The notes beneath the pieces are model-generated. The model worked only from the letters and a program-made list of their open reading frames with translations. It did not search any database and had not been told where the DNA came from. From positions 25,765 to 89,764 of the forward strand of contig JAPLLV010000056.1 of the NCBI GenBank assembly GCA_026387405.1: 64,000 nucleotides of DNA, given 5' to 3'. Position 1 is the first letter of the stretch; each line of letters starts with the position of its first letter. The position numbers and the translations under genes are program-made. Below are positions 26,805-37,231 of this stretch, piece by piece. The DNA is from Candidatus Omnitrophota bacterium (GTDB lineage Bacteria; Omnitrophota; Gorgyraeia; Gygaellales; Profunditerraquicolaceae).

Positions 26805-28793
26805 ATGGAAAAATTTAAACTAAAAAGCCCTTATAAGCCTTGCGGCGACCAGCCCAGGGCGATCAAGGAATTAACCGACTCTATCCTTTCCGGAAAAAAC
26901 CACCAGACCCTCATGGGAGTCACCGGCTCGGGCAAGACCTTTACCCTGGCAAACGCAATAGCTCAAGTAAATCTTCCCACGCTGGTAATCTCGCACAATA
27001 AGACCCTTGCCGCACAGCTCTATTCCGAATTCAAAGAATTCTTCCCGCATAACGCCGTAGAATATTTTGTCAGTTATTACGACTATTACCAACCGGAGGC
27101 ATATGTGCCTTCAACCGATACCTATATCGAAAAAGACTCCGCGATCAACGACAGGCTTGACCGGCTGCGCTTATCCTCAACCACAGCGCTTATGTCCCGC
27201 AGCGATGTTTTAATCGTGGCCTCGGTATCCTGTATTTACAACCTGGGCAGCCCGGAAGAATACCGGGATATGCTCCTAATTCTTGAGCGGGGAAAAGATT
27301 TTCCGCGCGATGAAATTATCAAACGCCTCATCCAGATCCAATACGAGCGCAATGACTACGAATTCATCCGCGGCAGGATCCGCGTGCGCGGAGATACGCT
27401 GGAGATTTTTCCCTCTTACGAAGAAAAAGCCCTGCGCATTGAGCTATTCTCTGACAGGATCGATAAAATATCCGAGATTGACCCGGTCTCCGGTAAAATC
27501 CTTTGTCCTTTGGAAAAAATTTCCATTTATCCGGCAAAACATTTTTTGGTAGGCCCTGAAAGAATTGAGGGAGCGGTTAAGGAAATCGAAGGGGAATTGC
27601 AGGAACAGCTCGCTCTCCTAAGGAGCAAGAATAAGCTCTTAGAAGCCCAGCGCCTGGAATCGCGCACGCGCTACGATATGGAGATGCTCAAAGAGATAGG
27701 CTATTGCCACGGAATAGAGAATTATTCCCGGATACTCTCCGGCAGGCCTGCCGGCTCGCGGCCGCATTGCCTCATCGATTACTTCCCGGATAAATTCCTC
27801 ACCATTATTGACGAATCCCATGCCACCGTCCCCCAGCTTAACGGCATGTACGCCGGAGATAAAGCCAGAAAAGAGATCCTGGTGGAATACGGTTTCAGGC
27901 TTCCGTCATGCCTGGATAACCGCCCATTAAGATTCAATGAATTCGAGGAACTGACACAGCAAGTGGTCTATGTCTCAGCCACCCCGGCAGATTATGAACT
28001 CAAGAAAAGCACTAATAAAATATTCGAACAGATCATCCGGCCCACAGGACTGGTAGACCCGGAGATCATCATCCGGCCCGTTGAAGGCCAAATAGACGAC
28101 CTCATCCGTGAGATCAAAGCGCGCGCCGCAAAGAACGAACGCATTTTAGTTACCACCCTCACCAAAAGAATGTCCGAAGACCTGACTACCTATTTACAAG
28201 AACAGGGTTTAAGGGTAAAATACATGCATTCGGAGATCCAGACTATCGAACGCTCAAAAATACTGCGGGACCTGCGCAAACAGGTCTTTGATTGCCTGGT
28301 GGGGATAAATCTGCTCCGGGAAGGCCTGGATCTGCCCGAGGTATCGCTGGTAGCTATCCTGGACGCGGATAAGGAAGGATTCCTGCGCTCCGCAACCTCC
28401 CTGATCCAGGTTGCCGGGCGCGCCGCGCGCAATATAAACGGCACGGTGATCATGTACGCGGATGTCCTCACCGGCTCCATAAAAAAGGCGGTCAGCGAAA
28501 GCAACCGGCGAAGAGATATCCAGATCGAATTTAACAAAAAGAATAAGATCACTCCGCGTTCCATACAAAAAGCGATTAGGGAAGGGATTGAAGGCCTGGA
28601 GGAAGCGGAAGAATTCGTCGCCAATTTAACCGGAGAACAAAGAGACGAGTACGAACTGCGTAAGTATATAGCAGAGAGGGAATACGAGATGGAACTGGCA
28701 GCCCGGAATTTACAGTTTGAGAAAGCCGCCGAGATACGGGATGAGATAAAAAAATTCAAGGGGACTGTCCCCGCAGATCGCCAACATAAGTAG
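26805..28793 (+). CDS. uvrB: Excinuclease ABC subunit B
   Basis: GVTGSGKT Walker A, helicase motifs, C-terminal UVR domain; 662 aa. Confidence 0.95.
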   Translation: MEKFKLKSPYKPCGDQPRAIKELTDSILSGKNHQTLMGVTGSGKTFTLANAIAQVNLPTLVISHNKTLAAQLYSEFKEFFPHNAVEYFVSYYDYYQPEAYVPSTDTYIEKDSAINDRLDRLRLSSTTALMSRSDVLIVASVSCIYNLGSPEEYRDMLLILERGKDFPRDEIIKRLIQIQYERNDYEFIRGRIRVRGDTLEIFPSYEEKALRIELFSDRIDKISEIDPVSGKILCPLEKISIYPAKHFLVGPERIEGAVKEIEGELQEQLALLRSKNKLLEAQRLESRTRYDMEMLKEIGYCHGIENYSRILSGRPAGSRPHCLIDYFPDKFLTIIDESHATVPQLNGMYAGDKARKEILVEYGFRLPSCLDNRPLRFNEFEELTQQVVYVSATPADYELKKSTNKIFEQIIRPTGLVDPEIIIRPVEGQIDDLIREIKARAAKNERILVTTLTKRMSEDLTTYLQEQGLRVKYMHSEIQTIERSKILRDLRKQVFDCLVGINLLREGLDLPEVSLVAILDADKEGFLRSATSLIQVAGRAARNINGTVIMYADVLTGSIKKAVSESNRRRDIQIEFNKKNKITPRSIQKAIREGIEGLEEAEEFVANLTGEQRDEYELRKYIAEREYEMELAARNLQFEKAAEIRDEIKKFKGTVPADRQHK

Positions 28794-28795
28794 TC

Positions 28796-29575
28796 TTGGA
28801 GGGGACTGTCCCCATGAAAACTATGCTTGCTATTGATATAGGCAATACCAATACCCATCTGGCACATTTCCGAAAGAACAGAATAATAAAAACGCTTACC
28901 TGCGCCACTAAAAGCAAGTTAAGCCAAGCCACTTTAAGAAAATTCTCTTCCCGATCAGAAAATGAAAACGCCATAGTTGTCAGCGTGGTTCCCGCAGCCA
29001 CAAGGGCTTTAGAGAAAGAATTACTGCGCCTCACAGGCAGGCGTCCATATATTATAGGTAAGAATATCAAAATCCCTATGCGCAGTCTATACCGCGATCC
29101 TCGTTCCCTGGGACAGGACCGGCTGGTAAATGCCTTTGCCGCAGCCGCGCTATATGGCGCTCCAGCGATTATAATCGGATTGGGAACAGCCGTTACTTTT
29201 GACGTGGTTTCAAAAGATAAACGCCACCTGGGAGGCATGATCCTGCCGGGATTAGAGCTTTCTTTAGGCGCACTCTCTAAACATACCGCGCTTTTACCCA
29301 GGGTAATACTGGAGGATCCAAAAGAACTTTTGGGCCGGGACACAAAAAACAGTATCTTGAGCGGCATAGTTCATGGTTATGCCGGGCTTTGCGACGCACT
29401 GACGCGTAAAATAAAAGCTAAGATTGGCACAAACGCCGTGGTCATCGCAACAGGCGGAAACGCAAGACTAATAAGCAAATATTCTAAAGAGATCAAGATA
29501 GTTGACCCAAAACTTACCTTAAAAGGGATAAATATTATCTACAACTCCCGTAAAAGGGGGACAGTTCTATCATAA
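28796..29575 (+). CDS. coaX: Type III pantothenate kinase
   Basis: MLAIDIGNTNTHLA N-terminal motif and the ASKHA fold. Confidence 0.85.
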   Translation: MEGTVPMKTMLAIDIGNTNTHLAHFRKNRIIKTLTCATKSKLSQATLRKFSSRSENENAIVVSVVPAATRALEKELLRLTGRRPYIIGKNIKIPMRSLYRDPRSLGQDRLVNAFAAAALYGAPAIIIGLGTAVTFDVVSKDKRHLGGMILPGLELSLGALSKHTALLPRVILEDPKELLGRDTKNSILSGIVHGYAGLCDALTRKIKAKIGTNAVVIATGGNARLISKYSKEIKIVDPKLTLKGINIIYNSRKRGTVLS

Positions 29576-29733
29576 CCCCTTTATTATCAAAGAGCTATCT
29601 AGAAACGGTCTGCCGGAAAGCGGTTTCTCTAAACCCCAGAAATACCCTTGAAAATCACCGATTATTAATCCATACTTTTAATGTAAAATTATAATTTTGA
29701 CAATCTGTAAATTTGAACACTACCTAGTGTCAA

Positions 29734-30153
29734 ATGGAGAGCCTAGACGACCATAAAGACAGAAGAACATTCCTGCGCATCGGAACAAATATCCCCCTGA
29801 CATTCCTTAAACAAAGATCCGATAAACCATTTTCCGCCCAAATAAGCGACATCAGCGCAAACGGGATCGGCCTGACCTCAAACCAAAAGATGTCCTGCCA
29901 AACCCCGCTTAAGCTGATCGTAAATATCCCCAACGACGGCCCGTTCTGCGCCGAAGGAGAAGTGGCCTGGATAAAGAAAATAAGGTTTCATAAATACCGC
30001 ATCGGCATAACCTTAACAAAGATCAATCTGCTGGGGATAGCACGCGTATTAAATTTTGCTAAGACCATACCTGAACCTTTACCCGAAGAAATATACGACT
30101 ACCGTCCGTCCTTGCTGCGCTGGTTTAAGAAACCCGGCTTAGCCATACCTTAG
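29734..30153 (+). CDS. PilZ domain protein
   Basis: DRRTFLRI and DISANG motifs; 139 aa. Confidence 0.6.
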   Translation: MESLDDHKDRRTFLRIGTNIPLTFLKQRSDKPFSAQISDISANGIGLTSNQKMSCQTPLKLIVNIPNDGPFCAEGEVAWIKKIRFHKYRIGITLTKINLLGIARVLNFAKTIPEPLPEEIYDYRPSLLRWFKKPGLAIP

Positions 30154-30180
30154 CTTCCTACCAGATAATCAAAAAAAATC

Positions 30181-30208
30181 TTGACAAAAACCTATTTTAA
30201 TTTATAAT
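30181..30208 (+). promoter_or_regulatory. Sigma-70-type promoter of groESL (TTGACA-16 nt-TATAAT)
   Basis: ttgaca at 30181-30186 and tataat at 30203-30208. Confidence 0.6.
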
Positions 30209-30234
30209 TGGCACTCCGAGTACAAGAGTGCCAA
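30208..30234 (+). promoter_or_regulatory. CIRCE-like HrcA operator variant TTGGCACTC-N9-GAGTGCCAA
   Basis: Perfect 9-bp inverted repeat with a 9-nt spacer immediately downstream of the -10 box. It differs from the canonical TTAGCACTC at position 3. Confidence 0.75.
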
Positions 30235-30252
30235 TTTATTAATATTATTAGA

Positions 30253-30340
30253 CACCCCGCGCTAAGAAGTCATCTGGCCCTAGGCACCCGGCGCTTATTT
30301 GAATTGCGCCGGTGTTCCCTCGTGGGGAATTTGCGCGGGT
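30253..30340 (+). promoter_or_regulatory. groES leader hairpin module: outer stem caccccgcgc/gcgcgggtg enclosing inner hairpin cacccggcgc-ttatttgaatt-gcgccggtg. Same motif family as 34243-34274 and 42153-42183
   Basis: Direct reading. 32 nt (gcacccggcgcttatttgaattgcgccggtgt) are identical to the guaB-like leader. Confidence 0.6.
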
Positions 30341-30371
30341 GTTGTCCTGGTGGACAAGGAGGTGTAAAAAA

Positions 30372-30662
30372 ATGGACATCAAACCATTAGGAGACAGGGT
30401 GGTCATTCAGCCCTTAGAGGCAGAGAATAAGACCAAGGGAGGCATTGTCTTACCTGATACGGCTAAGGAAAAACCTCAAGAGGGAAAGGTCGTGGCAATA
30501 GGCAAAGGCAAGATACTGGACAGCGGAGCCGTTCAGGCATTGGAAGTCAAGGTAGGAGACAAGGTGCTTTACGGAAAGTATTCCGGAAACGAGATTACCA
30601 CCAAAGAAGGCCAGGAACTTTTGATCATGCGCGAAGAAGACATCTTGGCAATCATTAAGTAG
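30372..30662 (+). CDS. groES: Co-chaperonin GroES
   Basis: [13 protein letters not shown]... 96 aa. The internal ATG at 30372 is preferred over the upstream ORF start. Confidence 0.95.
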   Translation: MDIKPLGDRVVIQPLEAENKTKGGIVLPDTAKEKPQEGKVVAIGKGKILDSGAVQALEVKVGDKVLYGKYSGNEITTKEGQELLIMREEDILAIIK

Positions 30663-30668
30663 CAACCA

Positions 30669-30742
30669 GTTCTCGACTCGCAGCAAATTTATTCTTCGAG
30701 CTTGTCGAGAAGATAAATTTGCTGGCTCGCTCGAACAATATT
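30669..30742 (+). repeat. Family-1 structured intergenic repeat, copy C (inside the groES-groEL spacer)
   Basis: gttctcgactcg + cagcaaatttat + tcttcgagcttgtcgagaag + ataaatttgctg + gctcgctcgaacaatatt. Confidence 0.8.
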
Positions 30743-30770
30743 CTTTAAAAGATTCGAGTCTGAAAGTTAA

Positions 30771-32429
<1,659 letters not shown>

Positions 32430-32460
32430 TCGTTAGTCGTTGGTCGTTGGTTGATAGTCA
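32430..32460. repeat. Heptamer tandem repeat (TAGTCGT/TGGTCGT x4), i.e. the reverse complement of the ACGACTA/CAACGAC family
   Basis: tagtcgttagtcgttggtcgttggttgatagtc directly after the groEL stop. Confidence 0.75.
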
Positions 32461-32497
32461 AAAAAAGGGGGGCACAGGAAAGTGCTCCCCTTTTTTT
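32461..32497 (+). terminator. Rho-independent (bidirectional-type) terminator after groEL
   Basis: A-run, stem ggggggcac/gtgctcccc, loop aggaaa, then ttttttt. Confidence 0.8.
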
Positions 32498-32543
32498 AAA
32501 AATAATACTTGACAAAAAGCAAAAAAAATATAAAATCAAATCA

Positions 32544-33500
32544 ATGAAAAGGTTAATCCTAATAGGAGTTACTCTTAGTATTCTTTTTTGGACAACACTT
32601 TTTGCTGCCTCGCGCAGCGAAGCCATAGAAAATACACTTCTGGCTGCAAATCTTCAGAATTCTCCTCCTCTACAAAAAGGATCCCCCGAAGAAACATCAA
32701 CGAATATACCTGACTGGATCAAGCGCACCAACTTCAATATCCAGGCGGGTACTGATCAAAGACCCAGATATTTCCTGGAGACCGTCCAACCGCTTCTAGG
32801 GACCCAAGAAAAAGATATCGTAATCTTTAATCAATTAAGGATATCCAGCAGCAGCGAGCGCCCTACCTATAATATCGGCCTGGGCTTACGCAAGATTTTT
32901 GCCGAAAAATACCTTTTAGGAATAAACAGCTTTTATGATTATCAAGACCTGCATCAACACAGCCGCGGGGGCGTGGGCTTCGAGGTAATCACGGATAAGG
33001 GCTTTGAGTCGCGCTTAAATACCTATATCAGGATATCCGGTAGGCGGCAAATAGCGGAAGACTCTGCCAATATTTATTACGAAAAGGTGGCCAATGGCTT
33101 TGATTGGGAAGAAGGTATTCCCTTGCCGTATCTACCGCAATTAAAGGTGTACGGCGGAGGTTATTGGTATAATTTTGAGCATTTCAAGAATAAATACGGT
33201 TGGAAGAGCAGATTAGAATACACCCCCTTTAAATATTCTAAGATAAATTTTGAGGTTTTTGACGATACTAAGAGGACCAGAATGGGATACCGCATTGAAG
33301 GAGCGATCTCTCTGGCATTTACCTCCTTTAGCCTCAAAGACCTAAAAGAGGACTTCATCTCCAAACAAGAAGCCTATCCTAAAGTAAATCTACGAGATAA
33401 GGTATTGGACGGGGTAGTCAGGGATTTTAATATCACGGTAATAACATCTACCAAGGCAAAAGGGACAGGGCTGACAGTTGAGGGAGGAAAGAGTGGATAG
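32544..33500 (+). CDS. Secreted outer-membrane beta-barrel protein resembling the inverse-autotransporter (intimin/invasin) beta-domain, without an attached passenger
   Basis: Signal peptide. NIGLGLRKIF..YLLGINSFYDYQ...HSRGGVGFEV...YLPQLKVYGGGYWYNFEHF matches the IAT beta-domain pattern. Confidence 0.5.
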   Translation: MKRLILIGVTLSILFWTTLFAASRSEAIENTLLAANLQNSPPLQKGSPEETSTNIPDWIKRTNFNIQAGTDQRPRYFLETVQPLLGTQEKDIVIFNQLRISSSSERPTYNIGLGLRKIFAEKYLLGINSFYDYQDLHQHSRGGVGFEVITDKGFESRLNTYIRISGRRQIAEDSANIYYEKVANGFDWEEGIPLPYLPQLKVYGGGYWYNFEHFKNKYGWKSRLEYTPFKYSKINFEVFDDTKRTRMGYRIEGAISLAFTSFSLKDLKEDFISKQEAYPKVNLRDKVLDGVVRDFNITVITSTKAKGTGLTVEGGKSG

Positions 33501-34080
33501 CAGGGCGCGCTTTTCTCTTATATTTATAGTACTTTCGCTTCTAGCAATATCTGCTTTTAGCCCCGTGGCTTTTGCCGCCAATCCCACCGGACCCGCATCT
33601 TACTATTTAGTACGTATTACCAAATTCGAGCTTTGGAACGGAACGGAATGGATAACTGCATTTAGCGGCACATCAGACGGCCTGAATATTGCTGCGGCAA
33701 GCGATACGAGTTCTTCGGTAGGAAATTTCTTATCGGGAATAGCTGTTCCGGACGGAACTTATACCAGCTCCAGGGTAACTCCTTCCGGGACATTTGTCTT
33801 TAGCGGGAATGACGGCGCCGGCAATTATACTACCGCTAACATAGGAGCCGGGGCGGGAGTGCACGGCAGTACCCCTACCACTAATGCAGCCCTGGAAGCA
33901 CAGTGCACTATCACTGTTACGGCTGGTGCACAAGAGAAGGCCCTTTCACCTTCTATTGTGGTGAAAGACGGAACCCCTAATCATAGAGTTCGGGTAAAAT
34001 TCAACCTCTCTAACGCCATTGAGAATATTAGCGGCGAACTCTTTCCTGCCGCGCCCGCGGTATCGGTTTCAGTAATATAG
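33478..34080 (+). CDS. Secreted hypothetical protein (signal peptide ending AFA-AN), Thr/Ser/Gly-rich
   Basis: Clear Sec signal peptide. Overlaps the preceding barrel gene by 23 nt in another frame. Confidence 0.45.
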   Translation: MREERVDSRARFSLIFIVLSLLAISAFSPVAFAANPTGPASYYLVRITKFELWNGTEWITAFSGTSDGLNIAAASDTSSSVGNFLSGIAVPDGTYTSSRVTPSGTFVFSGNDGAGNYTTANIGAGAGVHGSTPTTNAALEAQCTITVTAGAQEKALSPSIVVKDGTPNHRVRVKFNLSNAIENISGELFPAAPAVSVSVI

Positions 34081-34242
34081 TCAAACCTTCCTATTTTTAA
34101 GCCTTCCCGCTCTAAAATAAGCATTGACAAAAAAGCATTATTAGTGTAAAATTCAATATCTATTTTGTCGATATCAGACCTACCGGAAAATTCTGTATTT
34201 ATTTGATAAATAAGAGGTTGCGGACACTTGGGCCAGATAGGG

Positions 34243-34274
34243 CACCCGGCGCTTATTTGAATTGCGCCGGTGTC
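34243..34274 (+). promoter_or_regulatory. guaB-like leader hairpin cacccggcgc-ttatttgaatt-gcgccggtg (shared leader motif)
   Basis: Identical to the inner hairpin of the groES leader. Lies downstream of a TTGACA promoter at 34125 and is followed by a hairpin partly covering the SD. Confidence 0.6.
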
Positions 34275-34326
34275 CCCCCCGTGGGGAATTGAGCCAGTGT
34301 TAACTTACTGTTAAGGAGTAGATCAC

Positions 34327-35487
34327 ATGGCAGAGTGGATAGGTATAGGAAAACGCGGCAGAAGGTGCTACGGGTTTGACGAAGTAGCGCTGGTGCCGGG
34401 AGCGCAGACGGTTAACCCGGCTGAGGTTGATACCAGCTTTAAGATCAATGGGAAGAGATTCGAGATCCCTATTCTGGCAGCAGCCATGGACGGGGTTGTA
34501 GATGTAAAATTTGCCGTGGAGATGTCCAAGCTAGGGGGAATCGCGGTCTTAAACCTCGACGGCGTGCAGACCCGCTATGAAAATCCCGATGCCGTGCTGG
34601 AAAAAATCTCCAAGGCCAACCCTCAAGAAGCCACTACGCTGATACAGTCAATTTACACCACTCCCATAAAGGAAAAACTGGTGGGAAAGAGGGTAAAAGA
34701 GATAAAAGCCAAAAAAGGCACTGCCGTAGTCAGTTGTATCCCGGCCAACGCGGAAAAATTCGCTAAGCTCGCGGTAAACGCGGGAGCTGACATATTTGTT
34801 ATCCAATCCACGGTCACCACTACCAAACACATATCCCATCAATATAAAAGCCTGGATTTATTTAAGTTCTGTAAAAAAACACCTATTCCTGTCATTCTCG
34901 GCAACTGCGTAACATATGAAACTACCCTTGAATTGATGGATACAGGTTGCGCCGGACTACTCATTGGTATCGGACCGGGGGCTGCCTGCACTACCCGCGG
35001 AGTCTTAGGAATAGGCGTGCCGCAGGTCACTGCAACTGTAGACGCGGCCGCAGCCCGAGATTTTCATTTTAAACGCAGTGGAAAATACGTGCCTATTATT
35101 ACTGACGGCGGAATGAACCGAGGCGGAGACATCTGCAAGGCCTTTGCTTCAGGAAGTGACGCGGTAATGATCGGCTCCAGCTTTGCCCGGGCAAAAGAGG
35201 CTCCGGGAAGAGGATATCACTGGGGCATGGCTACCTCCCACATGAACCTTCCCCGCGGCACCCGTATTTACGTAGGCTCAACCGGCTCCTTAAAAGAGAT
35301 CTTATTCGGGCCGGCAAAAGTAGATGACGGTTCGCAAAACCTTATGGGCGCTTTAAAGACATCCATGGGGTCCTTAGGGGCGCAAAATATCAAAGAGATG
35401 CAAAACGTCGAGATCATCATCGCGCCTTCAATCCAGACCGAAGGAAAAATCTTCCAGGTAGGACAAAGGGTAGGAATGGGAAAATAG
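34327..35487 (+). CDS. guaB: IMP dehydrogenase / GMP reductase family protein lacking the CBS subdomain
   Basis: GIGPGAACTTRGVLGIGVPQVTA catalytic-loop signature; 386 aa; immediately upstream of guaA. Confidence 0.75.
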   Translation: MAEWIGIGKRGRRCYGFDEVALVPGAQTVNPAEVDTSFKINGKRFEIPILAAAMDGVVDVKFAVEMSKLGGIAVLNLDGVQTRYENPDAVLEKISKANPQEATTLIQSIYTTPIKEKLVGKRVKEIKAKKGTAVVSCIPANAEKFAKLAVNAGADIFVIQSTVTTTKHISHQYKSLDLFKFCKKTPIPVILGNCVTYETTLELMDTGCAGLLIGIGPGAACTTRGVLGIGVPQVTATVDAAAARDFHFKRSGKYVPIITDGGMNRGGDICKAFASGSDAVMIGSSFARAKEAPGRGYHWGMATSHMNLPRGTRIYVGSTGSLKEILFGPAKVDDGSQNLMGALKTSMGSLGAQNIKEMQNVEIIIAPSIQTEGKIFQVGQRVGMGK

Positions 35488-35528
35488 CACGTAGCAAATG
35501 GCTAATGGCAAATAGAAGGAAGGTATAA

Positions 35529-37070
35529 ATGACGAGGCATACGATTTTAATCTTAGATTTCGGTTCGCAATACACGCAGTTGATCGCCAGGCGCGTGCGG
35601 GAGAACAAAGTTTTCTCGCGCATTATCCCGTACAACACCCCGGCAAAAGAGATCGCCGCCATGGGTCCCAAAGGCCTGATCTTATCCGGAGGCCCGGCGT
35701 CTGCCATCACTAAAAAGAGCCCTTACCCGGATAAGGGAATATTCAAACTTGGGATCCCCATCCTGGGTATATGCTATGGCATGCAGGTGATCAGCGAAAT
35801 GTGCGGCGGTAAAGTCAGGCATACCAAGGAGCGCGAATTCGGCAAGACCGAATTATTCATAGATGATAACCGCGACCTCTTCAGCCATATGCCGGGAAAC
35901 CTGACCTGCTGGGCCAGCCACGGGGACTACGTAAATAAACTTCCTCCGGGATTCCATATTTCGGCGCACACCTTGAACGCTCCTATCGCCGCGATGTCTA
36001 ACCGCAATAAAAAGCTCTACGGCGTGCAATTCCATCCCGAGGTTACCCATACGGACAAAGGGAACCAGGTACTGGCAAACTTTTTATTTAAGATCTGCGG
36101 CGCATTAAGCCGCTGGACCATGCAATCATTCATCAAGGAAAGCATAGAAAATATCAAAAAAACCCTGGGTAAAAACAAGGTAGTGCTGGGCCTAAGCGGC
36201 GGGGTAGACTCCTCGGTAGCCGCGCTCTTAATCCACAAGGCCATAGGGAAGAATCTGCGCTGCATCTTTATAGATAACGGGGTGATGAGAAAAGACGAGC
36301 CCCAACAGGTAAAAAGCGTCTTTCGCGGGATGTATCACTTGAACCTGGACTATGTGGACCGCAGTAAACGCTTCCTGGAACGCCTAAGAGGCATTACTGA
36401 CCCCGAGCAAAAACGGAAGATCATCGGGTACGAGTTTGTCAAGGTATTCGAAGAAGAAGCGCACAAACTAAGAGGGGTAAAATACCTCGGCCAGGGGACG
36501 CTTTATCCGGACGTAATCGAATCCTCTTCGCCAACCGGCGCGCCTTCCTGCCGCATTAAAAGCCATCACAACGTCGGCGGCCTGCCGGAACATATGAAAT
36601 TGAAGCTGATCGAGCCGCTGCGCGACCTATTTAAAGATGAGGTGCGGCAGATCGGCAAAGAACTCGGCCTCCCCAGCGAGATAATCCTGCGCCAGCCTTT
36701 TCCGGGTCCGGGCCTGGCGATCAGGATCATCGGAGAGGTAACCAGAGAACGGCTGGAACTTCTGCGCGAAGTCGACCGCAGGGTCATCGAAGAGATCAGG
36801 GTTGCCGGACTCTATGAGCAGATCTGGCAATCCTTTGCCGTCTTGTTACCCATAAAAAGTGTGGGGGTTATGGGAGATGAACGCACTTACGAGAATACGA
36901 TAGCATTGCGCTGCGTCACCAGCCTTGACGGGATGACTGCGGACTGGGCAAAGATACCTTACGAGATCCTGGAAAAAATATCCAATCGTATTATCAACGA
37001 AGTAAAAGGAGTAAACCGCGTAGTCTACGATATCAGCTCCAAGCCTCCCGCGACTATTGAGTGGGAATAA
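35529..37070 (+). CDS. guaA: GMP synthase (glutamine-hydrolysing)
   Basis: Class-I GATase domain, then the ATP-PPase SGGVDSS motif; 513 aa. Confidence 0.95.
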   Translation: MTRHTILILDFGSQYTQLIARRVRENKVFSRIIPYNTPAKEIAAMGPKGLILSGGPASAITKKSPYPDKGIFKLGIPILGICYGMQVISEMCGGKVRHTKEREFGKTELFIDDNRDLFSHMPGNLTCWASHGDYVNKLPPGFHISAHTLNAPIAAMSNRNKKLYGVQFHPEVTHTDKGNQVLANFLFKICGALSRWTMQSFIKESIENIKKTLGKNKVVLGLSGGVDSSVAALLIHKAIGKNLRCIFIDNGVMRKDEPQQVKSVFRGMYHLNLDYVDRSKRFLERLRGITDPEQKRKIIGYEFVKVFEEEAHKLRGVKYLGQGTLYPDVIESSSPTGAPSCRIKSHHNVGGLPEHMKLKLIEPLRDLFKDEVRQIGKELGLPSEIILRQPFPGPGLAIRIIGEVTRERLELLREVDRRVIEEIRVAGLYEQIWQSFAVLLPIKSVGVMGDERTYENTIALRCVTSLDGMTADWAKIPYEILEKISNRIINEVKGVNRVVYDISSKPPATIEWE

Positions 37071-37231
37071 ATTAGCAAATAGCACGTGGCGAATAGCAAA
37101 TAGCCATAACACAATCTTTCTGATAAATTTATAAATTTTTTATTTTTGCTTTCCGTGCTAGCGTCCTAAGCTTTACGCTATTAGCCATTTGCCATACGCT
37201 ATTAGCCATTTGCTATTAGCCATAAGCCATC
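37071..37231. repeat. Spacer built from inverted arrays of agcaaatagc / gctattagccatttgc motifs flanking an AT-rich centre. A related motif sits at 35488-35525
   Basis: attagcaaatagcacgtggcgaatagcaaatagccat on the left and gctattagccatttgccatacgctattagccatttgctattagccataagccat on the right. Confidence 0.7.
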
